Shown here: in pieces, positions 40,475-53,049 of the stretch
Position numbering within the stretch: the first letter of the stretch is position 1
Layout: every line of letters starts with the position of its first letter
NCBI GenBank assembly: GCA_964016885.1
Contig: OZ024760.1
Location: 2,046,001 to 2,110,000, forward strand
Source: Eledone cirrhosa
Taxonomy: Eukaryota
DNA: 64,000 nt
Reading direction: 5' to 3'
Made by a program: the position numbers and the translations under genes
The notes under the pieces: generated by a model
The model's input: only the letters and a program-made list of their open reading frames with translations
Database searches by the model: none
Told to the model about the DNA's origin: nothing

Positions 40475-41648
40475 ATGTCTGTCTCAGACAGGTGCTTATC
40501 TTGGTTACCATGGTGTTAAGTGACTGAGAGTACAAGTCTTCCCCCCTGGACAGGACACCAGTCCATTGCAGGGTTAATCCCCAGCTATTACTGGTACTCA
40601 TTTTCAGCTGAGTATACTGGAGCAACGTGAAATAAAGTGTTTTGCTCAAGAACACAATAGGCAACCCAGGAATCGAACCCACAACATTATGATCGTAAGT
40701 CCAACACCCTTACCATTAGGCCATGTACCACCCCGTCTAGGAATTGAACTCACATCATTAAGTCCAGCACCCTTACCATTAGGCCATGTAGCACCCCGTC
40801 TAGGAATTGAACCCACGACATTATGATCATTAAGTCCAACACCCTTACCACTAGGCCATGTAGCACCCCGTCTAGGAATTGAACCCATAACATTACAATC
40901 ACTAGTCCAGCACCCTTACCACTAGACCATGTAGCACCCCGTCTAGGAATTGAACCCATAACATTACAATCACTAGTCCAGCACCCTTACCACTAGACCA
41001 TGTAGCACCCCGTCTAGGAATTGAACCCATAACATTACAATCACTAGTCCAGCACCCTTACCACTAGACCATGTAGCACCCCGTCTAGGAATTGAACCCA
41101 TAACATTACAATCACTAGTCCAGCACCCTTACCACTAGACCATGTAGCACCCCGTCTAGGAATTGAACCCATAACATTACAATCACTAGTCCAGCACCCT
41201 TACCACTAGACCATGTAGCACCCCATCTAGGAATTGAACCCATAACATTACAATCACTAGTCCAGCACCCTTACCACTAGGCCATGTAGCACCCCGCCTA
41301 GGAATTGAACCCATAACATTACAATCACTAGTCCAGCACCCTTACCACTAGACCATGTACCACCCCGTCTAGGAATTGAACCCATAACATTACAATCACT
41401 AGTCCAGCACCCTTACCACTAGGCCATGTAGCACCCCGTCTAGGAATTGAACTCATAACATTACAATCACTAGTCCAGCACCCTTACCACTAGACCATGT
41501 ACCACCCCGTCTAGGAATTGAACTCATAACATTACAATCACTGGTCCAGCACCCTTACCACTAGACCATGTAGCACCCCGTCTAGGAATTGAACTCATAA
41601 CATTACAATCACTAGTCCAGCACCCTTACCACTAGGCCAAGTGCCTCC
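40475..41648 (-). mobile_element. SINE family C copy with tandemly amplified 71-bp tRNA-like head (~14 units)
   Basis: Body 40475-40660 matches 42660-42860 in reverse; 71-bp period (tctagg at 40871, 40942, 41013...); each unit has TGGTCTAGTGG and GGTTCAATTCC on the minus strand. Confidence 0.88.
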
Positions 41649-41674
41649 TTTATATGAAGTACAACAATACTTAC

Positions 41675-41818
41675 TTTGACAATATACACCCTGACCAACA
41701 CCTTGATGGGGTCGTTGCTTGGTAAACCTTGGAAAAGTCCATATTGTGGGTCTCCTCCAGTGATGGTTGTATCTTCAATGTCAGGGGGTAGAGGGATCTT
41801 GTAGATTTTTAAGGAACC
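41675..41818 (-). CDS. OTOF: Otoferlin-like ferlin, coding exon B (144 bp, phase 0/0), start of C2E
   Basis: ttacag|GGTTCC...GTCAAA|gtaagt; translates GSLKIYKIPLPPDIEDTTITGGDPQYGLFQGLPSNDPIKVLVRVYIVK (recalled otoferlin GSLCVYKVPLP...[23 protein letters not shown]). Confidence 0.94.
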
Positions 41819-42055
41819 CTGTAAAACAACAACAAAAATATAAAAAACAAGCCAAGAGATGAATAATAATAATAATAATAATAATAATTTTTTCTACTTT
41901 TTGGCACAAGGCCAGCAATTTGAAGGGAAAAGGGGAAAGTCATGTAAATCAACCCCAATGTGTTACTGGTACTTTATTTTATCAAACATGTAAGTATGAA
42001 AGACAAAGCTAACTTTGGTAGGATTTGAACTCAGAACATAATAGGACTGTAACTA

Positions 42056-42214
42056 TAGTGAAATTTCGTTTTAACGAAATTCACGGGGTATAAAAAAATT
42101 CGTTGTAATGAAAAATTCTTTATAACGAGATTGACTAAACACATCGAGCGTGTGGCCGGTGATTGAAAAATATTTCGTTATACTGAAAAATTCGTTATAG
42201 CGGAATTTTACCAG
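42056..42214. mobile_element. pogo/Tigger-like MITE inserted at a TA inside SINE-A
   Basis: gtaacTA[...]TAtatgctgc versus the empty site gtaactatatgctgc at ~24586; subterminal ttcgttat/ataacga motifs. Confidence 0.7.
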
Positions 42215-42592
42215 TATATGCTGCAAAGCATTTTGTCCAGCGTTCTACCGATTCTGCCAATTCTATTAATGGTTTCTGATTTAGGCATAAAGCCAGCAAT
42301 TTTGGAAGAGGGGATAATCGATTAAATGAACCCCAATGCATTACTGGTACTTTATTATATTGACACCGCAGGGATGAAACGCAAAGTTAACCTTGGCGGG
42401 ATTTGAACTCAGAACGTAAAGGGCCATAACCCAATGCCGCACCGTACTAACAATAATACAACAGTCATTTTAAGGCCCACTCACAATAAACAATAAATAA
42501 ATAAAATTGCCAAGGGAGATAATTTTTGATAGATTACATGAGTTATTATTCTTGAATAGATTGACTACGATTTAAAATTTTCTATTTAATCC

Positions 42593-42990
42593 ATGGCCTA
42601 GTGGTAAGTGTGTTGGACATACGATCATAATGACATGGGTTCGATTCCTGGAGTGGGTTGTGTGTTGTGTTGTTGAGCAAAACACTTCATTTCATGTTGC
42701 TCCAGTATACTCAGCTAAAAATGAGTACCAGCAATAGCTGGGGAGTTTAACACTGCAATGGACTGGTGTACTATCCAGGTGGAAGTCTTGTACTGTTAGT
42801 CACTTCACGCCATGGAACTGGGATAAACACTGGCCTAATGAATCTCAGGGCTTGAGACAGACTTTAACACTGCGATGGACTGTTGTCCTACCCAGGGGAG
42901 TCTTGTACTCTCAGTCACTTAATGCCACACAAACCCGGATATGTATAGGCCTGATGAGCCTCAAAGGCTTCCAACAGACTTTAGACTATT
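42593..42990 (+). mobile_element. tRNA-derived SINE family C with duplicated 3' part
   Basis: A box tggcctagtgg, B box ggttcgattcc, body ttgagcaaaacact...ctccagtatactcagc, tail gacagacttt present twice. Confidence 0.85.
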
Positions 42991-43454
42991 GCCGACCCGA
43001 AGGAGGGAGCCTCTAAGTATTCACTTAACATGCTAGAAATAGCAGCCAAATCTCCCTAATATTACATAATCGTTTCTACTTTTGGCACAAGGCCAGAAAT
43101 TACCCCAGTGCATTACTGATACTTTATTTTATTGACCCCATAAGGATGAAAGGTAAAGTTAACCTCGGCGGGATTTGAACTCAGACCGTAAATGGCCATA
43201 ACTCTACGCTGAAAAGCATGGCGTCCGTCCCTCTACCAATACTGCCAATCCACACCATCTTAAAATGGTATGAACAGGAAGCTGTTGAAAATAGAAGCTA
43301 AATCCCCCACATGTCATCTTAATAACACATTGGTCAATATAGTCCTAGATATACTATGCATGAAATTACAATACAAGGATCACAACCGGAATATCTTTGA
43401 ATTCAGGTCTTCTAAATAGGGGGTTTCATTATACAAAGATAGTAACTTACTATA

Positions 43455-43742
43455 TGGTACATAGAACCAGAGCTGGTTTTGATCAGGTTGGTATCAAAAG
43501 GGTTAAATAGGAACTCTTTAAAATGAGTGATTTGTTTTATAGAACCAGGATCTAGTTTTGCCAGGTTGGTATCAAAAGGGTTAAATTGGAACCCTTTAAA
43601 ACCTGTGGTTTTAGTTTATAGAACCAGGATCCGTTTTACAGGTTGGTATCAAAAGGGTTATATAGGAAAGCTTTAAAATGGGTGGTTTTGTTTTATAGAA
43701 TCAGGGCCTTTTTTTTGCTAATTTGGTATCAAAAGAGTTAAG
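43455..43742. repeat. ~78-bp tandem repeat (4 copies) of the MITE-B right end
   Basis: atagaaccag...ggttggtatcaaaagggtta recurs four times. Confidence 0.8.
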
Positions 43743-43754
43743 TGAGGTATAGAT

Positions 43755-44265
43755 TTTGCACATCTACTTTTTGAATTCCATGTGTCTAACACACGTGGGC
43801 ACGCCTACAAAGTCAGAAAACAGCACAAGCTCCCATGACTTTCGGAAACATTTTTTCACGCTCAGAGTTGCTGAAGCATGGAACAAACTATCTGCATCAG
43901 TTGTTAACTGCTGAGACACTGCATCCTTTCAAACCCCCATGGAACAAACTACCTGCATCAGTTGTTAGCTGTCGAGACACTGCATCCTTTAAAATCTCCA
44001 TGGAACAAACTACCTGCATCGGTTGTTAGCTGCTGAAACACTGCATCCTTTAAAACCTCAATGCTTCCTAAAATTTGCCAACACTACACCTGATATCCCC
44101 CCCCCCCCCATACCCATGCACACATGTATATCATGACTCATACACTGTTCACTTTCCTGACATTTGTACATTATTCTATTTACTATACATGCACCATTGA
44201 TGAGTCGTAGTGCACCTAAGCACTGTACACAATAATTTCATTATTATTATTATCATTATTATTAT
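43755..44265 (+). mobile_element. CR1/L2-group LINE 3' fragment with an internal ~59-bp triplication and (ATT)n tail
   Basis: Frameshifted translation SNTRGHAYKVRKQH...DFRKHFFTLRVAEAWNKL(P)ASVVSCRDTASFK, a typical CR1-group ORF2 C-terminus. Confidence 0.75.
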
Positions 44266-44351
44266 AACCATTGAGCTGTGGGACTACTTTATGTGAGACA
44301 TAAACAAATGTGCACGTGTGTGTGTGTGTGTGTGTGTGAGCATGTACTTAC

Positions 44352-44486
44352 TTTGAATTTGCCAACAACCCTGCTTTCATCGGCATCATCGCCACTCACT
44401 TTCTTCCCCCGATACAACTCAAATGTGTGAAGCCAATCGGTGAAGTTGTTGTATTCATGCTGGTTCTCAAGTTCCTGAGGAAATAC
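44352..44486 (-). CDS. OTOF: Otoferlin-like ferlin, coding exon A (135 bp, phase 0/0), segment preceding C2E
   Basis: Minus strand tttag|GTATTT...TTCAAA|gtaagt; translates [45 protein letters not shown], matching recalled vertebrate otoferlin [26 protein letters not shown]...IVGRFK. Confidence 0.93.
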
Positions 44487-44664
44487 CTAAAACATAGCAA
44501 TAATAATAATAATAATAATAGTGGTTTCTACTTTAGGCACAAGGCCAGCAATTTTGGAGGAGGGGAAAGTCAATTAAATCGACCCCAATGCATGACTGGT
44601 ACTTTATTTTAAATAATAATAATTGTTTCTACTTTTGGCACAAGGCCAGCAATTATCCCAGTGC

Positions 44665-44702
<38 letters not shown>

Positions 44703-44988
44703 TACATATATATATATACATATATACATATATACATATACATATGTATATATGTATATATATATGTATATATATATATATTTATTAAAATAACAGATTA
44801 AAGTTTAAGCAAAGAATCGCTGCTTTCACCCTTAACGGGATCTTCTGAAATATATATATATGTATATATATATGTATATATATTATATATATATAATTGT
44901 TTCTGGCATTATTACTGGTACTTTATTTTATCGACCCCTTAAGGATGAAAGGCAAAGTCAACATATATATATAATGCACTGGGATAAT

Positions 44989-45074
<86 letters not shown>

Positions 45075-45409
45075 CGAAAAAATAAAGAACAAAACATTTA
45101 TCTTTCATAGATTAATAGATTACATAGTACATTTAGTATAAATAAAAAATAGATATTTCTTTTCATAACATTCTCAATCAATAAATTTAACAATCAATCA
45201 TTGAACAGACATTAGTATAATAATAATTTTCCAATCACCTGAAAAGCAAGTGTAAAGACATTTAAATTTCATTTATTTATTAATTCTTGATTAAAGAAAA
45301 AGAAAGAAAAAAACAAGGTTAAGTTCAAAAATAGTTCAAATAACAAAATGTTCAAAAGTTTTTTTTTAATTTTAACTGAGCACTTAGCTTTTTGTTAGCT
45401 TAACCCATC

Positions 45410-48400
45410 CATTACCATATTTCTAATGAAAGACACTGTCTATGTCATTAACCCATCCATTACCATATTTCTAATGAAAGACACTGTCTATGTCATTAAC
45501 CCTTTCTTTACAATATTTCTAATGAAACACATTGTCTATGTCATTAACCCTTTCATTACCATATTTCTAATGAAAGACATTGTCTATGTCATTAACCCTT
45601 TCACTACCATATTTCTCATGAAAGACAGTGTCTATGTCTTTAACCCTTTCATTACCATATTTCTAATGAAAGACACTGTCTATGTCTTTAACCCTTTCAT
45701 TACCATATTCCTAGTGAAAGACACTGTCTATGTCATTAACCCTTTCTTTACCATATTTCTAATGAAAGACACTGTCTATGTCATTAACCCTTTCATTACC
45801 ATATTTCTAATGAAAGACACTGTCTATGTCATTAACCCTTTCATTACCATATTCCTAGTGAAAGACACTGTCTATGTCATTAAACCTTTCATTACCATAT
45901 TTCTATGGACACTGTCTATGTCATTAACCCTTTCATTACCATATTTCTAATGAAAGACATTGTCTATGTCATTAACCCCTTCATTACTATATTTCTAATG
46001 AAAGACATTGTCTATGTCATTAACCCTTTCATTACCATATTTCAAATGAAACACACTGTCTATGTCATTAACCCTTTCATTACCATATTTCAAATGAAAG
46101 ACACTGTCTATGTCATTAACCCTTTCATTACCATATTCCTAGTGAAAGACACTGTCTATGTCATTAAACCTTTCATTACCATATTTCAAATGAAACACAC
46201 TGTCTATGTCATTAACCCTTTCATTACCATATTTCTAATGAAAGACACTGTCTATGTCATTAACCCTTTCATTACCATATTCCTAGTGAAAGACACTGTC
46301 TATGTCATTAAACCTTTCATTACCATATTTCTATGGACACTGTCTATGTCATTAACCCTTTCATTACCATATTTCTAATGAAAGACATTGTCTATGTCAT
46401 TAACCCCTTCATTACTATATTTCTAATGAAAGACATTGTCTATGTCATTAACCCTTTCATTACCATATTTCAAATGAAACACACTGTCTATGTCATTAAC
46501 CCTTTCATTACCATATTTCAAATGAAAGACACTGTCTATGTCATTAACCCTTTCATTACCATATTCCTAGTGAAAGACACTGTCTATGTCATTAAACCTT
46601 TCATTACCATATTTCAAATGAAACACACTGTCTATGTCATTAACCCTTTCATTACCATATTTCTAATGAAAGACACTGTCTATGTCATTAACCCTTTCAT
46701 TACCATATTCCTAGTGAAAGACACTGTCTATGTCATTAAACCTTTCATTACCATATTTCTATGGACACTGTCTATGTCATTAACCCTTTCATTACCATAT
46801 TTCTAATGAAAGACATTGTCTATGTCATTAACCCCTTCATTACTATATTTCTAATGAAAGACATTGTCTATGTCATTAACCCTTTCATTACCATATTTCA
46901 AATGAAACACACTGTCTATGTCATTAACCCTTTCATTACCATATTTCAAATGAAACACACTGTCTATGTCATTAACCCTTTCATTACCATATTTCTAATG
47001 AAAGACACTGTCGATGTCATTAACCTTTTCATTACCATATTTCTAATGAAAGATGCTGTCTATGTCATTAACCCTTTCATTAACATATTTCTAATGAAAG
47101 ACACAGTCTATGTCATTAACCCTTTCATTACCATATTTCTAATGAAAGACACTGTCTATATCATTAACCCTTTCATTACCATATTTCTAATGAAAGACAC
47201 TGTCTATGTCATTAACCCTTTCATTACCATATTCCTAGTGAAAGACACTGTCTATGTCATTAAACCTTTCATTACCATATTTCTAATGAAAGACACTGTC
47301 TATGTCTTTAATCCTTTCATTACCATATTTCTAATGAAACGCACTGTCTATGTCATTAACCTTTTCATTACCATATTTCTAATGAAAGACACTGTCTATG
47401 TCATTAACCCTTTCATTACCATATTACTGATGAAAGACACTGTCTATGTCATTAACCCTTTCATTAACATATTTCTAAAGAAAGACACTGACTATGTCAT
47501 TAACCCTTTTATTACCATATTTCTAATGAAAGACACTGTCTGTGTCATTAACCCTTTCATTACCATATTTCTAATGAAAGACACTGTCTATGTCATTAAC
47601 CCTTTCATTACCATATTTCTAATGAAACACACTGTCTATGTCATTAACCCTTTCATTACTATATTTCTAATGAAACACACTGTCTATGTCATTAACCCTT
47701 TCATTACCATATTTCTAATGAAAGACATTGTCTATGTCATTAACCCTTTCATTCCCATATTTATAATGAAGGACACTGTCTATGTCTTTAACCCTTTCAT
47801 TACCATATTTCTAATGAAACACACTGTCTATGTCATTAACCCTTTCATTCCCATATTTATAATGAAGGACACTGTCTATGTCATTAACCCTTTCATTACC
47901 ATATTTCTAATGAAAGACATTGTCTATGTCATTAACCCCTTCATTACTATATTTCTAATGAAAGACATTGTCTATGTCATTAACCCTTTCATTACCATAT
48001 TTCAAATGAAACACACTGTCTATGTCATTAACCCTTTCATTACCATATTTCAAATGAAACACACTGTCTATGTCATTAACCCTTTCATTACCATATTTCT
48101 AATGAAAGACACTGTCTATGCCATTAACCCGTTCATTACCATATTTCTAATGAAACACACTGTCTATGTCATTAACCCTTTCATTACCATATTTCTAATG
48201 AAAGACACTGTCTATGCCATTAACCCTTTCATTACCATATTTCTAATGAAAGACACTGTCTATGTCATTAACCCTTTCATTACCATATTTCTAATGAAAG
48301 ACACTGTCTATGTCATTAACCCTTTCATTACCATATTTCTAATGAAAGACACTGTCTATGTCATTAACCCTTTCATTACCATATTTCTAATGAAAGACAC

Positions 48401-48920
48401 TGTCTATGTCATTAACCCTTTCATTACCATATTTCTAATGAAAGACACTGTCTATGTCATTAACCGTTTCATTACCATATTTCTAATGAAAGACACTGTC
48501 TATGTCATTAACCCTTTCATTACCATATTTCTAAAGAAAGACACTATCTATGTCATTAACCCTTTCATTACCATATTTCTAAAGAAAGACACTGTCTATG
48601 TCATTAACCCTTTCATTACCATATTTCTAATGAAAGACACTGTCTATGTCATTAACCGTTTCATTACCATATTTCTAATGAAAGACACTGTCTATGTCAT
48701 TAACCCTTTCATTACCATATTTCTAAAGAAAGACACTGTCTATGTCATTAACCCTTTCATTACCATATTTCTAATGAAAGACACTGTCTATGTCATTAAC
48801 CGTTTCATTACCATATTTCTAATGAAAGACACTGTCTATGTCATTAACCCTTTCATTACCATATTTCTAAAGAAAGACACTACCTATGTCATTAACCCTT
48901 TCATTACCATATTTCTCATG
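45410..48920. repeat. 48-bp satellite (~73 copies) with 428-bp higher-order repeat
   Basis: ttaaccctttcattaccatatttctaatgaaagacactgtctatgtca; a 4-bp-deleted marker monomer near 45905, 46333 and 46761. Confidence 0.95.
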
Positions 48921-51790
48921 ATGCTAGTGAGCGTGTTTCGTTGTTCCAGTGCCTAAGTATTGCTATCACTCACGGCAATGCTGCCAGTGTGTTGCCAAAC
49001 AATCATTAGAGGGAGTCTCCAGCGACCCTTAGTGTGGCATATGAATGGGTGTGTGGGTTTTCTCCCTATCCTTTCTTTCTATTTTTTTATCACTATATAT
49101 CTGTGTGTGTGAGAGAGAGAGCGAGAGAGAGGGGGAGAGAAATATATTATATTGAAAGGAAAAGCAACACTCTGATACAAACTTTCTCATTATTAAGCTG
49201 GTATTTAAATAACTGAATGGTTTTTACATACAATTATGATGGTGGGTTTCTATATATAAACACTTTAAAACAGTTTTGCAGTGTGGAACCAAGACAGTTT
49301 CAAACACTGCATTATGAAGAGTTAAAGTGTTTATATTTATTGAACAAGATACTTTATTTCACGTTGCTCGTTCTACCTGGAGTTGCTACCGATAGATAGT
49401 ATTAGCAACTGGAAAGACCAATGGAAACATTGTTTCCTCAGTTCGATTTGACGAAAGTCGATCAACAAAAATAATAATCTTAGAAATATGGAAATGGAAG
49501 GGTTAAAAAGTTTATATTTATCTAAAAACCTTTCTTTGTAATTTTATTTAAGGACTTAAGTTATGTACCAAATAGCATAAAAATGAGAAAGTTAATTACA
49601 ATACTAAATCTTTCCACATTCTTGGTCTTCTTTACCCACTTAATCCTGGGAGGGTCGTGGGTGCAGAATCTTCAGACACCCCTTCCAGTTGGTTCTGTCA
49701 TTCTTGGTTATTTCGAAATTTATTTAAAAACTATAGGGGTGTTTTTCATTAGAAATATGGTTATGAAAGAGGTGAAGTGTTTATATTTATCTAAAAACTT
49801 TCCATCATAATTTTATGTTCCATACAACAACTTAATAATAAGAAAGTTGGTTATATTACCAAATCTTTTGAAATTCTCGGTTATTTTAAAACTAATAATA
49901 TATTTCTTCAATGTACTGTGTTGTTTGCTTTGTTATTTCTGTTTGCCTTGTGCATACATACACACACACATATATATATACATATATATATATACATATA
50001 CATACACACATACACACACATACATGTATATATATATATATAGATATACACGCACACACATACATATATATATCATCATCATCATCGTTTAATGTCCATC
50101 TTCCACGATATCATGGGTAGGACAACGGGCTGTCCCTTTGTGAGAGATCAAGTAGGGGGACCGTGAATTTGCTCACACAGAACTGATTTTGGTTTGGTCT
50201 CTACAGCTGGATGCCCTCTCTAATGCCTATATATATATATATATGCACACACACACACAGAGTAGATAAATTCTTTAAAAATAATAATTGGGTAGAGAAG
50301 AAAAATAATACCACATGCATAAGGAAAAAAGTAAGGAAAAATATATGCAGATATGCAAAAAAAAGCCATCCTTAAATCTTTAGAGGTTATTTTATGCTCC
50401 TACAACAGACAATTTTTCTTGAAATTACTGTTGTTTTTAAAGCATGCAAAATGGGAATAAATATATGCTAGTTATCTTAATATTTTACCAGAAGGAATAT
50501 ATATATATATATATAAAGCCAAATTCTGAAGTAGAGCTCGTTTTAAACCATGACATAAAAACGACCAACGAAACAAACACGAGAAATAAGCAAAACCTGT
50601 ACTGTAACATTTACAATAACGAAAATAATAATAATAATAATAATGATGATGATAATAAACAAAACATAAAGCAAAAATGCCGAAAAAATTTACATACAAA
50701 AAATCGAAAAAAGAAAATCTATCATTCTCCTAAGTTAGATATTTATAAATAATTTTTTTTTTTTTTTTTTAAAGATAAAATAGATTTAAAAAAAAACAAA
50801 AGTAGATTAAAAAAAAAAAAGTTTTGGTAATTCGATAAGATTATTTTGAGCTATTCTAAATGTCATGCTCAGTCTTTACTGACAGAAACAATGAAAGATT
50901 TTTAAATATAAATAATAAATATCTGGTGCTTATTTAAAAAAATATATATATATATTTTCAATCAATATACAGAACTGAAAGGTGAGAATGAGTCTGTGAT
51001 AGGTTGGTGTATGTATGGAGGTAATGAGTGAAGTATGGGAGGGGGGTGTACTGCCTACAGAAATAGATTGGCTACATATAGTTATGTATATGTGTGTGTA
51101 TATATGTGTATGTATATATATATGTATATGTGTATGTATATATATATGTATATGTGTATGTATATATATATATATATATATGCATATATATATATATATA
51201 TATATATATGCATATATATATGTATATATATGGGTGTGTGTATATATATATATATATATATGTATACATGCATATATATATATATATATATATATAAATA
51301 TGCATATATATATATGTATATATATGGGTGTGTGTGTATATATATATATATGTATACATGCATATATATATATATATATCCGTCTAACCCATGCTAGCAT
51401 GGAAGAACGGACGTAAAACGGTGATGATGATGATGATGATGATATATATATATATATGTGTGTGTACAAATAAACAACCATTCAGTTATCTAAATTAACC
51501 AAGAGGAAATTTATAATAAATTCAAATAAAAACCAACAGGTGCGTGTGTTTTTATTGGTAGTAAGACCCTCCCTTGGTTTGACTATATATATATATTGTT
51601 TTTCTTGGTGTCTCACTTTTTAACTGTTGTGTTTACTCTAGACAGTAATATATTAACATGTTGCTCCATTGAGTGCTTTGTGATTGCCTCCAACAACTTG
51701 ATTAGTACCTGCTATATGGCAGCTACAACTTCGATTCATACCTTATATATATATATAGTAAAGAAAGATGAACACAAATATATAACTATA

Positions 51791-52129
51791 TGTGGAGGCA
51801 CATGGCTTAGTGGTTAGAGCATTGGTCTTGCAATCGAAAGGTTGTGAGTTCAATTTTCAGACCGGGTGATGTGTTGTTTCCTTGAGCAAGACACTTTATT
51901 TCACATTGCTCCAGTTTACTCAGCTGTAGAAATGAGATGATAGGGACTGGGGTCCCTATCATTCCACTGTAAAAGTGGTCGTGGAGGTGCCACGGCAAAG
52001 AAAGCACCCAGCACTCACTGTAAATGAGGTTGGTGTTAGGAAGGGCATCCAGCTGTAGAAATCAAGCCAGAATCAGTTCGCGTCCCACCCTTGCAAGCAG
52101 GGAAAAGTGGACATAAATGAAATGAAATG

Positions 52130-52130
<1 letters not shown>
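51791..52130 (+). mobile_element. tRNA-derived SINE family B with RTE-derived 3' tail
   Basis: A box tggcttagtgg, B box gagttcaatt, internal hairpin gatagggac/gtccctatc, tail shared with the RTE at 11825-11868. Copies 12131-12476(-), 20252-20600(-), 23580-23912(-), partial 36285-36400. Confidence 0.88.
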
Positions 52131-52172
<42 letters not shown>

Positions 52173-52433
52173 TCATCATTTTAATTCAAGAGGAAAAAAA
52201 AAAAATGTGTTCAAATCACAAAGGACAGAAACCGCCAGGGCTAAGAAAATACTAAGTGATTTGAACACATATAGTTATATATCTGGGTTTGTCTCTCTTT
52301 ATAAGCTCGGAAAAAACCTTTGCTTGAGCTATTTTGATTATAGGGGACTATTGTGAGTTTTTAACTCAATATATATTTTTGATATATATAAATATATATA
52401 TTTAATTATGTAATAAAAAACACAATGTAATTA

Positions 52434-52491
52434 TTCCATTACCCAAGGTTTCACGAAGACAGAAGCATCTGAAGTCATTTATCAGAAGGAA
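52434..52491 (-). ncRNA. Degenerate type I hammerhead-like motif (G8 to A)
   Basis: Minus strand UUCCUU CUGAUAA AUGA...UCGU GAAA CC UUG GG UA AUGGAA. Confidence 0.5.
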
Positions 52492-52594
52492 AATTTAATA
52501 TTTAATATATATTGTGTTGTTTATTACATAATAAATAACTTTGTACTATACATAGAGCACCCTTCTTTCCTTCACTTTTTCTATGGAAATACTT

Positions 52595-52904
<310 letters not shown>

Positions 52905-53049
52905 CGTTGGTAGAAATCTGTAGATGAAAGGTCAAGGAAAATAGTACTTGATCTGTTGCAAGAGAGCTTATTTAGTACAAACAATGTTTCATACACTTAA
53001 CATGCATGTACTACCATTGGTTTTGGGGGTCCACTCATGGCCACCGCTG

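Noticed and set aside
40660-41648. tRNA gene cluster or CRISPR-like array
   Set aside because: Units are contiguous with no unique spacers, lack a convincing acceptor and anticodon stem, and run directly into a SINE body; eukaryotic context with no cas genes
42945-42985. CTGATGA-GCC-tcaaa-GGC as a hammerhead
   Set aside because: No GAAA after stem II; this is the 3' stem-loop of SINE-C, and other copies lack the core
45426-48956. 731-aa and 157-aa ORFs with 16-aa repeats
   Set aside because: 48-bp satellite from a MITE end, frameshifted at each deleted monomer
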